From sequence record PZ452583.1: a DNA stretch of 64,000 nt; one strand, given 5' to 3'. This stretch comes from a phage. Below are positions 33,225 to 43,227 of this stretch, piece by piece. How positions within the stretch are numbered: the stretch's first letter is position 1; each line of letters starts with the position of its first letter. The position numbers and the translations under genes are program-made. Below the pieces are notes generated by a model that worked only from the letters and a program-made list of their open reading frames with translations, did not search any database and was not told the DNA's origin.

Positions 33225-33374
33225 TTACTGCATGACTGTGATAACTGTCATGATAACACGTTGAATTCCGAACGCAAGAAGACCTCCTGCTACGGCTGGA
33301 ACAACGCCTAAACCCGCCAGTAAAATGCTACCAGATACTAATGCAGCGCTTGTAATACCTATGAATGGACTCAT
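33225..33374 (-). CDS. Small hydrophobic membrane protein (49 aa)
   Basis: ATG overlaps gene 52 stop; product MSPFIGITSALLVSGSILLAGLGVVPAVAGGLLAFG...; not in track. Confidence 0.5.
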   Translation of the reverse strand: MSPFIGITSAALVSGSILLAGLGVVPAVAGGLLAFGIQRVIMTVITVMQ

Positions 33375-34699
33375 TTGATTTCCTCTAAATCTTTGGTGTA
33401 TTCTGTAACTACATCAGTAGTTTTCCAATATTCGTTTTCTTCTTTTTTGGCTTTAGCTTCTTCAGCAAGTTTCTTTGCTTCATCGGAAGTCATATGAAAA
33501 ATATTCATTCCAACTAGTTTATCAACATAAGAAGAATACATATCGATTTTCGAAAGTTCTTCGGTCAGTTCTTTACGAGTTTTACCCTGTACAACAATTT
33601 CACCTGAAATTACTTTCTTAATGAAATGTGCCTTGGCAAAAGCTAAACGAAAAGCTGACTCAGTTTCTTTAATTTTATTATCAATTCGTTTTTGGACATA
33701 AGTTTTACGAACTTCAACAAAGTCTTTGATTAAATCAACTACGTTATCGTAAACTTGTAGCTTTCCTTTCTCATTAATAACCGTAATATTCTGAGAACGA
33801 CGCTCAATCAACCCGAAGTCTTTCATAATTTTTGCATGGCGTTCTTCTTCATTATCGCTCAAAGAATATTCTTTACGGAATTTAACTTTAAAGCCAAAAC
33901 CATGCTCACCACAAGCATCATCCCATGTAATGAAGCCTTTATCTTCAAGTGGGTCTAAGATTTTACTCACATAAGTTTCACGATCATACTTATACGGAAT
34001 CTCAGTGATATGCATTTGAGTTCGTGAAGTAAACTTATATGTTCCACGAATTTCATATTGCCCATCAATTTCAACGACTTCACCACGAAATTCTGGGAAT
34101 TCTACCTTCGGTTTAGTTACTTTCTTTCCTTGAAGAGCTTGTAGTACAGCTTTCTTGACAGAAGAAACACTATGAGGAAGAATGTAAGTTGCATAACCAG
34201 TTGCAATACCGGAAACGCCATTAAGAAGAACAGTAGGAATAATAGGCAAATAGAAAGCAGGCGGAATGTGTTCTTTATCTTGATGTACCGGAGCATATTC
34301 AGTATCTTTATATACGTTATAGAAATTTTTACTTACACGAGCAAAAATATAACGACTTGCCGCTGCCTTTTGAACAGTACGAGAACCAAAGTTTCCTTGA
34401 CCATCTAACAGAGGAAAATTATTATTCCAAGTGTTAGCCATCAAAGCACCTGCGTCTTGCGCAGAGTTTTCACCATGATGATATCCAAGGTCCGCTACAC
34501 CACCTGCAATAGAAGCGAGTTTGTGAAACTTATCTTTATTTCCTCGTGCCAAATCAAGAGCTCGAGCAATAACAAATCGTTGAACTGGCTTAAATCCATC
34601 AATCATATTTGGAATGGCACGATTTTCAACCGTGTACATAGCATAAGCCAATGCTTCATTATCAATGATACTTTTTAAATCGCGATTATTCAGTTGCAT
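33371..34699 (-). CDS. 52: gp52 topoisomerase II medium subunit
   Basis: 442 aa, equals T4 gp52; GyrA-like N-terminus. Confidence 0.95.
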   Translation of the reverse strand: MQLNNRDLKSIIDNEALAYAMYTVENRAIPNMIDGFKPVQRFVIARALDLARGNKDKFHKLASIAGGVADLGYHHGENSAQDAGALMANTWNNNFPLLDGQGNFGSRTVQKAAASRYIFARVSKNFYNVYKDTEYAPVHQDKEHIPPAFYLPIIPTVLLNGVSGIATGYATYILPHSVSSVKKAVLQALQGKKVTKPKVEFPEFRGEVVEIDGQYEIRGTYKFTSRTQMHITEIPYKYDRETYVSKILDPLEDKGFITWDDACGEHGFGFKVKFRKEYSLSDNEEERHAKIMKDFGLIERRSQNITVINEKGKLQVYDNVVDLIKDFVEVRKTYVQKRIDNKIKETESAFRLAFAKAHFIKKVISGEIVVQGKTRKELTEELSKIDMYSSYVDKLVGMNIFHMTSDEAKKLAEEAKAKKEENEYWKTTDVVTEYTKDLEEIK

Positions 34700-34703
34700 A
34701 AAT

Positions 34704-34844
34704 TTACCATACTAGTGAATGTAGTGCCATAATAACATCAGAAATGAAAAGCACGACTTGAATTAATCCGAACATTACTCCATAATATAGTGCTACTAAT
34801 AAAGTAGCAAGGGCTAATGAATAGCCCAAGATTTTCTTAATCAT
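34704..34844 (-). CDS. Small hydrophobic membrane protein (46 aa)
   Basis: SD-less overlap chain upstream of gene 52; hydrophobic; not in track. Confidence 0.4.
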   Translation of the reverse strand: MIKKILGYSLALATLLVALYYGVMFGLIQVVLFISDVIMALHSLVW

Positions 34845-34995
34845 TAGTAGATAACAACACAAATGTTAAATATGCACACATACCCTGAGCTAAAGCTTGC
34901 GAAAACACACTGCTGGCATCAATACAGATAGTTAAAACACATGCTACTATCCAACAAATAAATGAAATAACTCCTAATAATTTTGCAATATTCAT
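34837..34995 (-). CDS. ac: Ac-like membrane protein (acriflavine sensitivity), 52 aa
   Basis: Position between stp and 52 as in T4; ~51 aa hydrophobic; GAGGAAAAT SD. Confidence 0.6.
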   Translation of the reverse strand: MNIAKLLGVISFICWIVACVLTICIDASSVFSQALAQGMCAYLTFVLLSTND

Positions 34996-35002
34996 ATTTT
35001 CC

Positions 35003-35083
35003 TCACTGGCGTCCGAAGACGCCTTTAGTTTTAAGATTATTACGATAGAACTGCATCACATGTTCGTTGTGGAAATTACTCAT
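35003..35083 (-). CDS. stp: Stp peptide (activator of PrrC anticodon nuclease)
   Basis: 26-aa product [26 protein letters not shown] matches recalled T4 Stp; not in track. Confidence 0.85.
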
Positions 35084-35526
35084 TAATATGCCTGCAAAAC
35101 GAATTTAAAGTTATCAGCCAACATACGGTTCATTTCTTCAAGTGTTTGATACTCAGAATGATGATTACGAGTAAACGCCAAAGCTAACTGACCTTTACCA
35201 AATCCTGTCGTCAGAGGTTTCATCTTAGAAGCAGGCAGATAAAATACTGTGTATGGAACATTGTTATTTGCAATAGTACGCGCAAGTTGAGACCGGCGTT
35301 GACGAATATGACTTAGAACTGCGCTGAATCCTTGCTTAGAACGCTGATTACCCACATAAAATCGTGCGGATACGCATGAACCATCGAATTCATTTACTAA
35401 AAAGTAAAATCCAGGTTTAGATAAAATATCTTTATGCGGAGTTCCTAAAAACCATTCACCGCCCTTGATTGTACCAATAACAGTAGCTCCTGCATTATTC
35501 AGATCAGTAACAGTCATGTATTTCAT
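35083..35526 (-). CDS. ndd: Ndd nucleoid disruption protein
   Basis: Start at [16 protein letters not shown]... with GAGGA SD; position after stp. Confidence 0.8.
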
Positions 35527-35584
35527 ATTAATTTCCTCTAAATTATTTTCTACTCCAAGGCCGCATGAATACGCGGCCATTAAA

Positions 35585-35800
35585 TTAATCGTCGCAGTCG
35601 ACGCTCAATTCCCAAAACTCTTCTACGGTATAAGTTTCAGTATCATTTTCAATACAGAAACGTTCATTACTGTTATTTGCTAAAGTAGCATTAACTGTCG
35701 GTTTCTCGCTAGTGCTCTTAAGAGGTGAAATACGAATTAACTGATCACCGTTATCTAAACAGAAAATTTCACCAACTTTTACATCTTTAAAGATTTTCAT
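35585..35800 (-). CDS. Hypothetical protein (ndd.x)
   Basis: ORF track 71 aa; GAGGTG SD. Confidence 0.55.
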   Translation of the reverse strand: MKIFKDVKVGEIFCLDNGDQLIRISPLKSTSEKPTVNATLANNSNERFCIENDTETYTVEEFWELSVDCDD

Positions 35801-35808
35801 AATTCACC

Positions 35809-35916
35809 TCAAGGAGTATAAAATCCAAATGCAGTTGTTGACCATCCCATCCAATATGGAAAATTTGCGCCAATGTAAAACATAAGAATATAAAACCAAA
35901 TGTTTAGTAAATTCAT
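35809..35916 (-). CDS. Hydrophobic micropeptide (~35 aa)
   Basis: ATG overlaps upstream stop; aromatic/hydrophobic; not in track. Confidence 0.35.
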   Translation of the reverse strand: MNLLNIWFYILMFYIGANFPYWMGWSTTAFGFYTP

Positions 35917-36113
35917 TATTTTACACCATTCCAAATTGTTTCAACTACGGATTTTAAACCATTTTGATGAATATCCATTCCGACTACCGCCATCAAATAG
36001 ATTCCAACTACAACTGAACCTAAGGCAAAAATCAGCATGAAAATGAATAAAGCCGGAAAAATATTATCGAAAAACCATTCAATAAATGTAAAAGCACTGC
36101 GTTTACGCTTCAT
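35916..36113 (-). CDS. Small membrane protein (65 aa)
   Basis: Track ORF to 36134; ATG MKRKRSAF has GAGGAAAAT SD; two predicted TM helices. Confidence 0.55.
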   Translation of the reverse strand: MKRKRSAFTFIEWFFDNIFPALFIFMLIFALGSVVVGIYLMAVVGMDIHQNGLKSVVETIWNGVK

Positions 36114-36120
36114 ATTTTCC

Positions 36121-36234
36121 TCACATAAATCCAAAGTAAACGTTTAATACATCAATCATTAAAACGATTGGGAATATACTCAAAACTACTAGTATTATAA
36201 CTACATTCCATATAGCTTTAACAATCTTTTTCAT
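36121..36234 (-). CDS. Small membrane peptide (37 aa)
   Basis: Track ORF to 36369 spans the promoter; ATG MKKIVKAIWNVV has GGAGGAACAGAAA SD. Confidence 0.5.
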   Translation of the reverse strand: MKKIVKAIWNVVIILVVLSIFPIVLMIDVLNVYFGFM

Positions 36235-36262
36235 TTTCTGTTCCTCCGTAGTTGATAGGGTA

Positions 36263-36292
36263 ATAGTACCACGGAAGAACAGTCTTGTAAAC
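36263..36292 (-). promoter_or_regulatory. T4-type early promoter (GTTTAC / TACTAT)
   Basis: GTTTAC, 18 nt, TACTAT; variant of conserved leader repeat. Confidence 0.55.
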
Positions 36293-36477
36293 AACTTTTT
36301 TAAAAATATTCGTAATAAATGTGAATACCAACTACTACCGCTGAAACCTGTGCAACCCACCACGCGCAAGCAATAAGTACAGAATTCAAAATTTTCATAA
36401 TAACCTCATCACAAAAGTAAATGTTAAACAAATTAATGGAATACTAATTAACCAAACAAAACACCACCATAATGAAC

Positions 36478-36741
36478 TCATAGTTCAATCTCAGCGATTT
36501 TCATTTCATTATTGTTAATAGCATTTTTAAGACTATCCGAAAGAATTACATTCCAGTGGTCATTCATATGACCATTAACTAAGCGTGTAATTTCTTCGGG
36601 AGTTGAAAAATAAGGCTGATCAGACTCCCAATGCGATAATCCTAAGCGAGTATAAATCATGCCTTCATCATCGCTAGAATATTCAACTGACACAAACTCA
36701 TCAGTTATTTTATGTTTAGCGTAATAAAATTTAAATTTCAT
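36478..36741 (-). CDS. Hypothetical protein (ndd.x/denB.x)
   Basis: Track ORF to 36753; ATG MKFKFYY has GGAGAATAAA SD. Confidence 0.55.
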   Translation of the reverse strand: MKFKFYYAKHKITDEFVSVEYSSDDEGMIYTRLGLSHWESDQPYFSTPEEITRLVNGHMNDHWNVILSDSLKNAINNNEMKIAEIEL

Positions 36742-36778
36742 TTTATTCTCCAAATCCGTATCAGTAGTTGATAGTTGT

Positions 36779-36808
36779 ATAGTACCACGGTCCTTGTGGT
36801 ATGTAAAC
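36779..36808 (-). promoter_or_regulatory. T4-type early promoter (GTTTAC / TACTAT) with conserved leader
   Basis: Same -35/-10 and leader as the 33141 locus. Confidence 0.6.
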
Positions 36809-36826
36809 TGTTTTGTGAAAAAATTT

Positions 36827-37384
36827 TTAAATGGAAAGATACCATCCGTTGTAGTTGCTTTTTCTTACAACCTTACGAAGGTCTTCTCTGTCACCGATGA
36901 ACTTCGGAGTGTACTGGATGACACCTGGATGAATTTCTTTAGTGTTGAATATAATTATACAGTCAGCGACTTGATGATTTAGAATGGGCCCTAGATTTAT
37001 TCCAGAACCATATGGATACTCTCCGCTGCATCCTGTTGTTACCGAAATCCAACGTGAGTCAGTTTGATGTGTCTTAACTTCTACGCGAAGCCCACAGTAT
37101 TTTGGATGCGCCAATACATCCCATGCATATGTGTACGGATCATCGACATCTTCTTGACCTTTATTAACATACCCGCTTAACCAATCTGCTACAAAAAACT
37201 CTGCGTACACAGCGATACGACATCTTTCGATAACTTCTGCCTTATCCTGGTTCGGGTTTTGTTTTAAAGAGTATCTTGCTGTATCAGCAATTTTGACCTT
37301 CATTTCATTGGTTAAATCGCTGTTCGATAGAGTAAATGTCGGAATCTGAAATAGTCTCTGCAAACCCGGATTCGTTTTCTGCAT
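36827..37384 (-). CDS. denB: Endonuclease IV
   Basis: 185 aa, equals T4 DenB; position between ndd block and rIIB. Confidence 0.85.
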   Translation of the reverse strand: MQKTNPGLQRLFQIPTFTLSNSDLTNEMKVKIADTARYSLKQNPNQDKAEVIERCRIAVYAEFFVADWLSGYVNKGQEDVDDPYTYAWDVLAHPKYCGLRVEVKTHQTDSRWISVTTGCSGEYPYGSGINLGPILNHQVADCIIIFNTKEIHPGVIQYTPKFIGDREDLRKVVRKSNYNGWYLSI

Positions 37385-37421
37385 TTAAACTTTCCTTTAT
37401 GTCGGAATCATAATTTCTCTT

Positions 37422-37445
37422 AAAACAAAAGGGCCGAAGCCCTTA
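37422..37445 (-). terminator. Rho-independent terminator AAGGGC-UUCG-GCCCUU plus U-run
   Basis: Hairpin with UUCG loop and T-run after ORF 37448..37642. Confidence 0.65.
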
Positions 37446-37447
37446 TT

Positions 37448-37642
37448 TTATTTGAATTGTGCGATTCTTTTCTCTAGACACTCAGCATAAGATTTCATTG
37501 AGATGAACTGTGAAAGCAGCAGTTCTTGCTCAACTGCACTAACCGTTAGAAACTTTGTGCTTTCTAAAAATTTGCTCAGTGCATTAATTTTGAGCATTAA
37601 TTGATCGTATTCTTCTTTTACTCGTGCTTGATAACCTAACAT
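37448..37642 (-). CDS. Hypothetical 64-aa helical protein
   Basis: ORF track; flanked on both sides by the same AAGGGCCGAAGCCCTTA hairpin. Confidence 0.55.
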   Translation of the reverse strand: MLGYQARVKEEYDQLMLKINALSKFLESTKFLTVSAVEQELLLSQFISMKSYAECLEKRIAQFK

Positions 37643-37660
37643 AATTTTCCTTAATATGAT

Positions 37661-37676
37661 AAGGGCCGAAGCCCTT
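37661..37676 (-). promoter_or_regulatory. Intergenic stem-loop AAGGGC-UUCG-GCCCUU at rIIB 3' end
   Basis: Same hairpin as at 37430..37445 but without U-run; overlaps rIIB stop. Confidence 0.5.
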
Positions 37677-38613
37677 ATTTAAATTGTTCAGTAACGTCTT
37701 CAACTACTTCGTATTGGCAGGTACGCATTTTAGCATCGTTGTAATCAATCGGAATTGATACTACATCACGTGGATGTACTTTAACTTTTACAACTCGGCT
37801 GGTTGAACTGCCAAAGTGACGAATATAAGATTTAGAACACACATGCAGACCACGAGAACAAGTTTGTGTATCATCGTCATTCACACGAGTACGCGGCATT
37901 TTAACTACTTTACCAGGACTGTTATCAAAGGTGTTTGAGTGACAGTCAAAGTAGTTGTCACGAACTACTTTCCAAGCATAGAAGTAACCATCTTCTGTAA
38001 TTTCAATATCGTTTGCTACCAAGAAATCAAAGAGTCGAGATACCGCTTTCTGGCTTGGGTTTTCCAGCAGATTTTCCAAGAACGGAAAATAAAATTCAAA
38101 GTTTTCACCTTTTTCCATCGAATCGAGAATACGATCAACTAAACCAGACCGTAATTCGATATTTTGATAGAACAAGCTTCCGCCTTCAATTCGAACATCG
38201 CCGGAAATATATTTTTCAACAGCGCGACGAACATTAATTTTTTGTGCCGCTTCTTCCAACTTATCTGCTACAAGCAGATTAAGAATTTCCTGGAAGTTTG
38301 AATGAGTATTAGGAGTTGCGTTATAAGTTACACCGTCAACAGTAATTGAAATGAATTTTTTAGATGCATTCCAAATAATGTCAGATTTAGCAACTGGAGC
38401 AATAACTGCATCGCTATTAACTTTAATTGTAATATCACCGCTAATAGTAACTTTAGAGCGTTTAGCTTCTTCAGCATTTTTCAAAACACGACGAATTGTG
38501 TCAACCGATACACCTTGCCAATCAGCCAATTCCTGTTGGGTGTAATTACCACTTGAATACAGCTTAACAATTTCAGCTTGTTCGTTTTTGGTCAGGCATT
38601 TAATATTGTACAT
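37675..38613 (-). CDS. rIIB: rIIB membrane-associated rapid-lysis protein
   Basis: 312 aa, equals T4 rIIB; adjacent to rIIA. Confidence 0.93.
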   Translation of the reverse strand: MYNIKCLTKNEQAEIVKLYSSGNYTQQELADWQGVSVDTIRRVLKNAEEAKRSKVTISGDITIKVNSDAVIAPVAKSDIIWNASKKFISITVDGVTYNATPNTHSNFQEILNLLVADKLEEAAQKINVRRAVEKYISGDVRIEGGSLFYQNIELRSGLVDRILDSMEKGENFEFYFPFLENLLENPSQKAVSRLFDFLVANDIEITEDGYFYAWKVVRDNYFDCHSNTFDNSPGKVVKMPRTRVNDDDTQTCSRGLHVCSKSYIRHFGSSTSRVVKVKVHPRDVVSIPIDYNDAKMRTCQYEVVEDVTEQFK

Positions 38614-38624
38614 AATTTTCCTTA

Positions 38625-40802
38625 TTAGGCCGCAAGGGCCTTCATAGTTTTAGCGATTTGGGAAACTTCATCATCACTTAAAGAGTTGCGATAACCGATG
38701 AAGTCGGAAACAATACGGAATTTCTTGGTAAACTCAGCAACCATTTTATCACTATTTTTTGAAGCATTACGTGATAATTCATCAAAGAGATTAGTTACTG
38801 TCCAGATATCATGACCGATGGTATCTTTTCCACCATTGAAATACACACCGCGTAATGAACTAACCATATTACCAAGTCGTGTATATTCTTCAGAAACTTC
38901 ATCTGTACTGAAGTACTTCATCATAAAATCTAGTTCAGGATACTTGATAATTTTATCAATATATCGTTGAGCTGAACTTGAATAACCTACATACTTATCA
39001 TAATCTACATCATCAAAAGCATCTACATATAAATCACGCAAAGCTTCAAAAATACATTGGCACTGACCAAGCTCTTTTACCTTTTTCTGCAAAAGCGGAC
39101 GAATAACATAAAATTCATTAATGCCAATAAGATTAGCCATACGAATCAAAATATTCATAGATGGATGACAAAGTGATGTAGTACCATCCATAGAGAAAAT
39201 ATCAGAACGATGCATATACGCTACATAACCAGTAATTTCATCTGCTTCTGACGTAAGTGTAAATAATTCCTCTTTTTCCCAACGCCCATCTTTAATTTCA
39301 AACTTAAATGCTGTAGCAGCTTTAGGACGAGGAGCTTTACTTTTAACTACCTTTGGAATATAGCTTTTAACTAAAGCTTCAATTTCTGACAAATAATGAA
39401 TGTTAACTTCATCACTTTCAAACATTGCCATAATATCAGGTAGTAAATCAATCTGCGATTCTACTTCCGGATTAATAAACAGAAGACGCTCATTGTGATG
39501 AATATTTAAAGTGTTATTAAATTCACTATCATCTAGCGCATGTGCTAATCCACGGACAATATTAACACGATTTTTAATATTATCAATAACGATATTAATT
39601 TTTGTTGTATTAATACCAAACAGACGATAACTTGACGCAACGGCTGATGTTTCATGACTTTGCTTAATGCGCTTCAGTCGAGGGTCAAGATTTACTTCAT
39701 ACACAACTCCTGCATTGCATAACTTACTGTCAGGTTCAAACATGCTCTGCATCTTTTTATATGACAGATTTTTAGTCGTGAATTTGACTGAATTACTAAT
39801 CATATAATCTCGAGCAGAATACCCCATCTTCATCAATTCACGATATGTGTGACGGGGAGATGTAGATTCTTTAAATCGTTTTACATCTTCATTAAATGCT
39901 TTCTCACTAAGCTCTTTAACTCGTTCAATAATATTTTTACGAGTACGATCATCCAGTGAAAGAGCCTCGCGAGATGGAGCAATATCAAGTGAACCCATTG
40001 GAAACTTAATGTAATTCACTTCATTACGAATGCTTAGCCAGTTACGGTCTCTAATAACACCATCGATAGGATAAACAATACCACCATAGATAGCATATAA
40101 TCCACCACGATCAGGCCAGTATCTTTCTGGATTTACACCGTAATAGTCATCAAAATCCGGAAAATAATCAATTTCGCGGTCAAGACCATTAATAATAGCC
40201 AAATCTTTGAACGGTCGCATGATATAAGAAACTTCATAAGCAAAGTTTCTAAAGTCTTTTTCTTCAACTGGAACTACGATTTCAATACCAGTTTTATCAT
40301 CTGGACCCATTTCTTTTACGAATGTAGGTTTAATTTGTGGACCATCGCCATCCATGTAAGCTACATAACCACGAATTTCACCTTTATGATACGAAGTAAT
40401 ACTAAATGTATCAGTATAACTAAACGGAGATTTAGAACCTAAACCAAATCCGCCAATGAAATCGTTAGATTCAGCCTTAGATGAACTGAAATATGAATTA
40501 TACAGACCAGGAGAATTATCATCACCCTGAATATCAAAATCACTCATACCCGGACCAAAATCTCGGCAAACAAATCGTGGATCTAAACGTCCAGGAACTT
40601 GAATGATAAATTTTTCAGGATTTCCATTGAGTGCATGGGCATCAATCATGTTGGTAATCAATTCACGGACTACTGCGCGAATCTTGTTTGTATACAAATC
40701 AGATGACAGAATTTTAAATACTTTAGGATTTGCTGCGATGCTAAATGCTTTTGATTTAGAACCATTGCCAAGAATTGTTTCTTTTTCAGTGGTGATAATC
40801 AT
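38625..40802 (-). CDS. rIIA: rIIA rapid-lysis protein
   Basis: 725 aa, equals T4 rIIA; N-terminal ATPase-like fold. Confidence 0.95.
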   Translation of the reverse strand: MIITTEKETILGNGSKSKAFSIAANPKVFKILSSDLYTNKIRAVVRELITNMIDAHALNGNPEKFIIQVPGRLDPRFVCRDFGPGMSDFDIQGDDNSPGLYNSYFSSSKAESNDFIGGFGLGSKSPFSYTDTFSITSYHKGEIRGYVAYMDGDGPQIKPTFVKEMGPDDKTGIEIVVPVEEKDFRNFAYEVSYIMRPFKDLAIINGLDREIDYFPDFDDYYGVNPERYWPDRGGLYAIYGGIVYPIDGVIRDRNWLSIRNEVNYIKFPMGSLDIAPSREALSLDDRTRKNIIERVKELSEKAFNEDVKRFKESTSPRHTYRELMKMGYSARDYMISNSVKFTTKNLSYKKMQSMFEPDSKLCNAGVVYEVNLDPRLKRIKQSHETSAVASSYRLFGINTTKINIVIDNIKNRVNIVRGLAHALDDSEFNNTLNIHHNERLLFINPEVESQIDLLPDIMAMFESDEVNIHYLSEIEALVKSYIPKVVKSKAPRPKAATAFKFEIKDGRWEKEELFTLTSEADEITGYVAYMHRSDIFSMDGTTSLCHPSMNILIRMANLIGINEFYVIRPLLQKKVKELGQCQCIFEALRDLYVDAFDDVDYDKYVGYSSSAQRYIDKIIKYPELDFMMKYFSTDEVSEEYTRLGNMVSSLRGVYFNGGKDTIGHDIWTVTNLFDELSRNASKNSDKMVAEFTKKFRIVSDFIGYRNSLSDDEVSQIAKTMKALAA

Positions 40803-40812
40803 AATTTCCTCA

Positions 40813-41016
40813 TTAATTCATATTGCGTTTAATAACTTCAGCAACTTCTAGTAGTTCGTCTTTAGTTGCGGTGTCGGATTGAATTTTATCTCTAATATCT
40901 TTAAAGCGGTTTTTAAATTCTTCGGCTTCTCCCATATCGAAAAAGCGTTGAATGATTCTATATTCTCGATGAACTGCTTTATCAAAAAGTTCTAAATTTA
41001 CTCTATATGATTTCAT
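40813..41016 (-). CDS. Hypothetical protein (rIIA.1)
   Basis: ORF track 67 aa; position as T4 rIIA.1. Confidence 0.6.
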   Translation of the reverse strand: MKSYRVNLELFDKAVHREYRIIQRFFDMGEAEEFKNRFKDIRDKIQSDTATKDELLEVAEVIKRNMN

Positions 41017-41041
41017 TTCAATATCCTCATTTGCCCAATTA

Positions 41042-41071
41042 ATTATACCACATCCTTGTGGTAAAGTAAAC
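41042..41071 (-). promoter_or_regulatory. T4-type early promoter (GTTTAC / TATAAT)
   Basis: GTTTAC, 18 nt, TATAAT on minus strand upstream of rIIA.1 and rIIA. Confidence 0.6.
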
Positions 41072-42891
41072 TACTGGCTCATCCATTCTTTACGAAGGTC
41101 AGCATTATCTCCCATGAGCATTTCAAAAAGCTCTTTCCAGTTCTCAGGAAGTTTAACAACATCATATACTGGATTTTGAATCATCTCACGATATTCAGAT
41201 TTTTCCAAAGAGCCAAGTCCCTTAATATAACGGATGCTATGTTTAGATAGAGCATCTTTAGCACTCTCATATTCAGCGACTGTATAAAACCATTCTTGTT
41301 TTTTACCGACCTGGGCGATGATTACAGGAGTTTTGACAAAGCGAATTCGTCCTTGCTCAAACAATTCTGGCCAATTACTAAAAAATCCGAGCAGAGAAGG
41401 ATAAATGCTTCCTAAACCATCATGGTCAGCATCGGTCATAATAGCAATATTATGATAATTCAAGTTTTCAGCTTTTTCACCAAGAACTAATCCAGTGATT
41501 GCGCAAATATCAAATAGTTCTTTGTTTTTAAGCATATCAGCATATGACATACCCCAACTATTGAGAACTTTACCACGCAATGGATAACCACCATGAAGTT
41601 CTTTATCACGAACATCAATAAGATATCCGATAGCAGAATCACCCTCAGTCAAGAAAAGAGTAGTGTCAGCATCTTTACCACAAAGATTCGCTTTGATATG
41701 TTTATGAACCTTAGCTTTAGAAGCCTTTTTAGCTGCTTTAGTTTCTGCTGCTTTTTCTGCCGCCAATTTACGAGCCAACGCAGCTTCAATAATTGGCATT
41801 AAAATTGCTTCATTATTTAAAATAGCACGTGAAATCTTTTTAGCATCAAGTTGAATATGACTACGAATTTCGCCAAATGGAGAAGTCAAACGCTCTTTAG
41901 TTTGAGAATCAAATCGCATGTTTTTCATATCACGAACAAACATAACGATAGTCAAACATTCTTTAACGCGTGCTTTAGTTACATCAATTTTGAATTTACG
42001 TTTGATTTGTGGAATAAGGTCTTCACAAATATCATCCATAACACAATCAATGTGATGACCACCATTCTTAGTGTGAATGTTATTCACATAAGTTAATTGA
42101 CGAAAACCATCCGGTGAACGACCAACCGCAATAGAACAATTTTCTTGTTCTTGAACAATAGCGTGTTCATCATACTGTCGTGCATATTTCTTAAAATTGC
42201 CCTGAACCTTTTTACCATTAAAGGTAAATTGAATATCAGGATAAACAACAGCAAGTGTCTGGAGACGATCTAGTGTAATATCAAGATAAACCTGAGACAG
42301 CTCATTAGTTTCAAATGACATAAAATCAGGAATGAAAGTAACACGAGTTCCTTTCCATTTTCCAGGAATAGTTTCCCAGGATTTATTTTCCATACCATTT
42401 GAACAACGAACTACAATATTATTTTGACCATCGCCAGTTTCACCGACAAACATCACAGAAAAAATGTTAGTTAAACTAGAACCAACACCATTCATACCGC
42501 CGGTGACGCGTTCTTTATCATCACCGAAGTTACCACCTGCTTTTGGAATAGTCCACGCAGCAACAGGACCAGGAATTTCTTCACCAGTAGGTGTTTTAAC
42601 CATCGCCTGTGGAATACCACGACCGTTATCTTCAACTGTTACTTGATTGTTTTTAATAGTAACATTAATTTTATTTGCGAATTTAAACTTAGTACGAATA
42701 CCTTCATCTACTGAGTTATCGATAATTTCATCAATAAGCTTAACAAGACCAGGTACATACTGAACACTTTCCCATTTACCAAACAGAAAGCGCTCATGCA
42801 TTTCATTAGCAGAAGAGCCAATGTACATGCCACTACGCTTTTTGATATGTTCAATATCGCTCAGAATTTTAATTTCATTCTTAATCATCAC
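41071..42891 (-). CDS. 39: gp39 topoisomerase II large subunit (GyrB-like), unsplit
   Basis: 606 aa continuous; in T4 this is split into genes 39 and 60, so a single ORF is the T2/T6/RB-like state. Confidence 0.93.
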   Translation of the reverse strand: MMIKNEIKILSDIEHIKKRSGMYIGSSANEMHERFLFGKWESVQYVPGLVKLIDEIIDNSVDEGIRTKFKFANKINVTIKNNQVTVEDNGRGIPQAMVKTPTGEEIPGPVAAWTIPKAGGNFGDDKERVTGGMNGVGSSLTNIFSVMFVGETGDGQNNIVVRCSNGMENKSWETIPGKWKGTRVTFIPDFMSFETNELSQVYLDITLDRLQTLAVVYPDIQFTFNGKKVQGNFKKYARQYDEHAIVQEQENCSIAVGRSPDGFRQLTYVNNIHTKNGGHHIDCVMDDICEDLIPQIKRKFKIDVTKARVKECLTIVMFVRDMKNMRFDSQTKERLTSPFGEIRSHIQLDAKKISRAILNNEAILMPIIEAALARKLAAEKAAETKAAKKASKAKVHKHIKANLCGKDADTTLFLTEGDSAIGYLIDVRDKELHGGYPLRGKVLNSWGMSYADMLKNKELFDICAITGLVLGEKAENLNYHNIAIMTDADHDGLGSIYPSLLGFFSNWPELFEQGRIRFVKTPVIIAQVGKKQEWFYTVAEYESAKDALSKHSIRYIKGLGSLEKSEYREMIQNPVYDVVKLPENWKELFEMLMGDNADLRKEWMSQ

Positions 42892-42915
42892 TTATCCTCG
42901 TTTGGTTTCGGGAAT

Positions 42916-42943
42916 ATTATACTCCGGTAATCATAAAGCTAAA
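42916..42943 (-). promoter_or_regulatory. Putative MotA-dependent middle promoter for gene 39
   Basis: MotA-box-like TTTAGCTTTA about 12 nt upstream of TATAAT on minus strand. Confidence 0.45.
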
Positions 42944-42957
42944 GGCCCGAAGGCCTT

Positions 42958-43227
42958 TTATTTAAAACGAATAGTTGAATCCTTAAAGAACAGCCCAGAA
43001 CATACTGTTCCTTCTACTTTCTGCCCGGTAGGTCCAATAGCACGAAATCCAGTATGTTGGAAATCATTTTCAGAGCAACCGAACCAGTTATATCCAGTGA
43101 TTTCAATATTCGTAAAACCACTTGATGATAAAATTTTAGTTGCATTATCAGCATCAGTACATCCTACTAAAGATACTGCTAATACTAATGCTGCGATAGA
43201 ACGATTAATATATTTCATAATTTTCAC
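42958..43227 (-). CDS. Putative lipoprotein (89 aa)
   Basis: Signal peptide with LVGC lipobox. Confidence 0.6.
   Translation of the reverse strand: MKIMKYINRSIAALVLAVSLVGCTDADNATKILSSSGFTNIEITGYNWFGCSENDFQHTGFRAIGPTGQKVEGTVCSGLFFKDSTIRFK

Noticed and set aside
36121-36369. N-terminal extensions of several track ORFs (e.g. 36121..36369, 36478..36753, 45239..45757, 46233..46784, 15728..16018)
   Set aside because: The extensions run through recognisable early promoters and begin at GTG/TTG or SD-less ATG codons; SD-preceded internal ATGs were used instead.
42936-42957. AAAGGCC-CGAA-GGCCTTT hairpin as terminator after lipoprotein ORF
   Set aside because: Perfect stem but no U-run on the transcribed strand and it overlaps the putative gene 39 middle promoter; function ambiguous.
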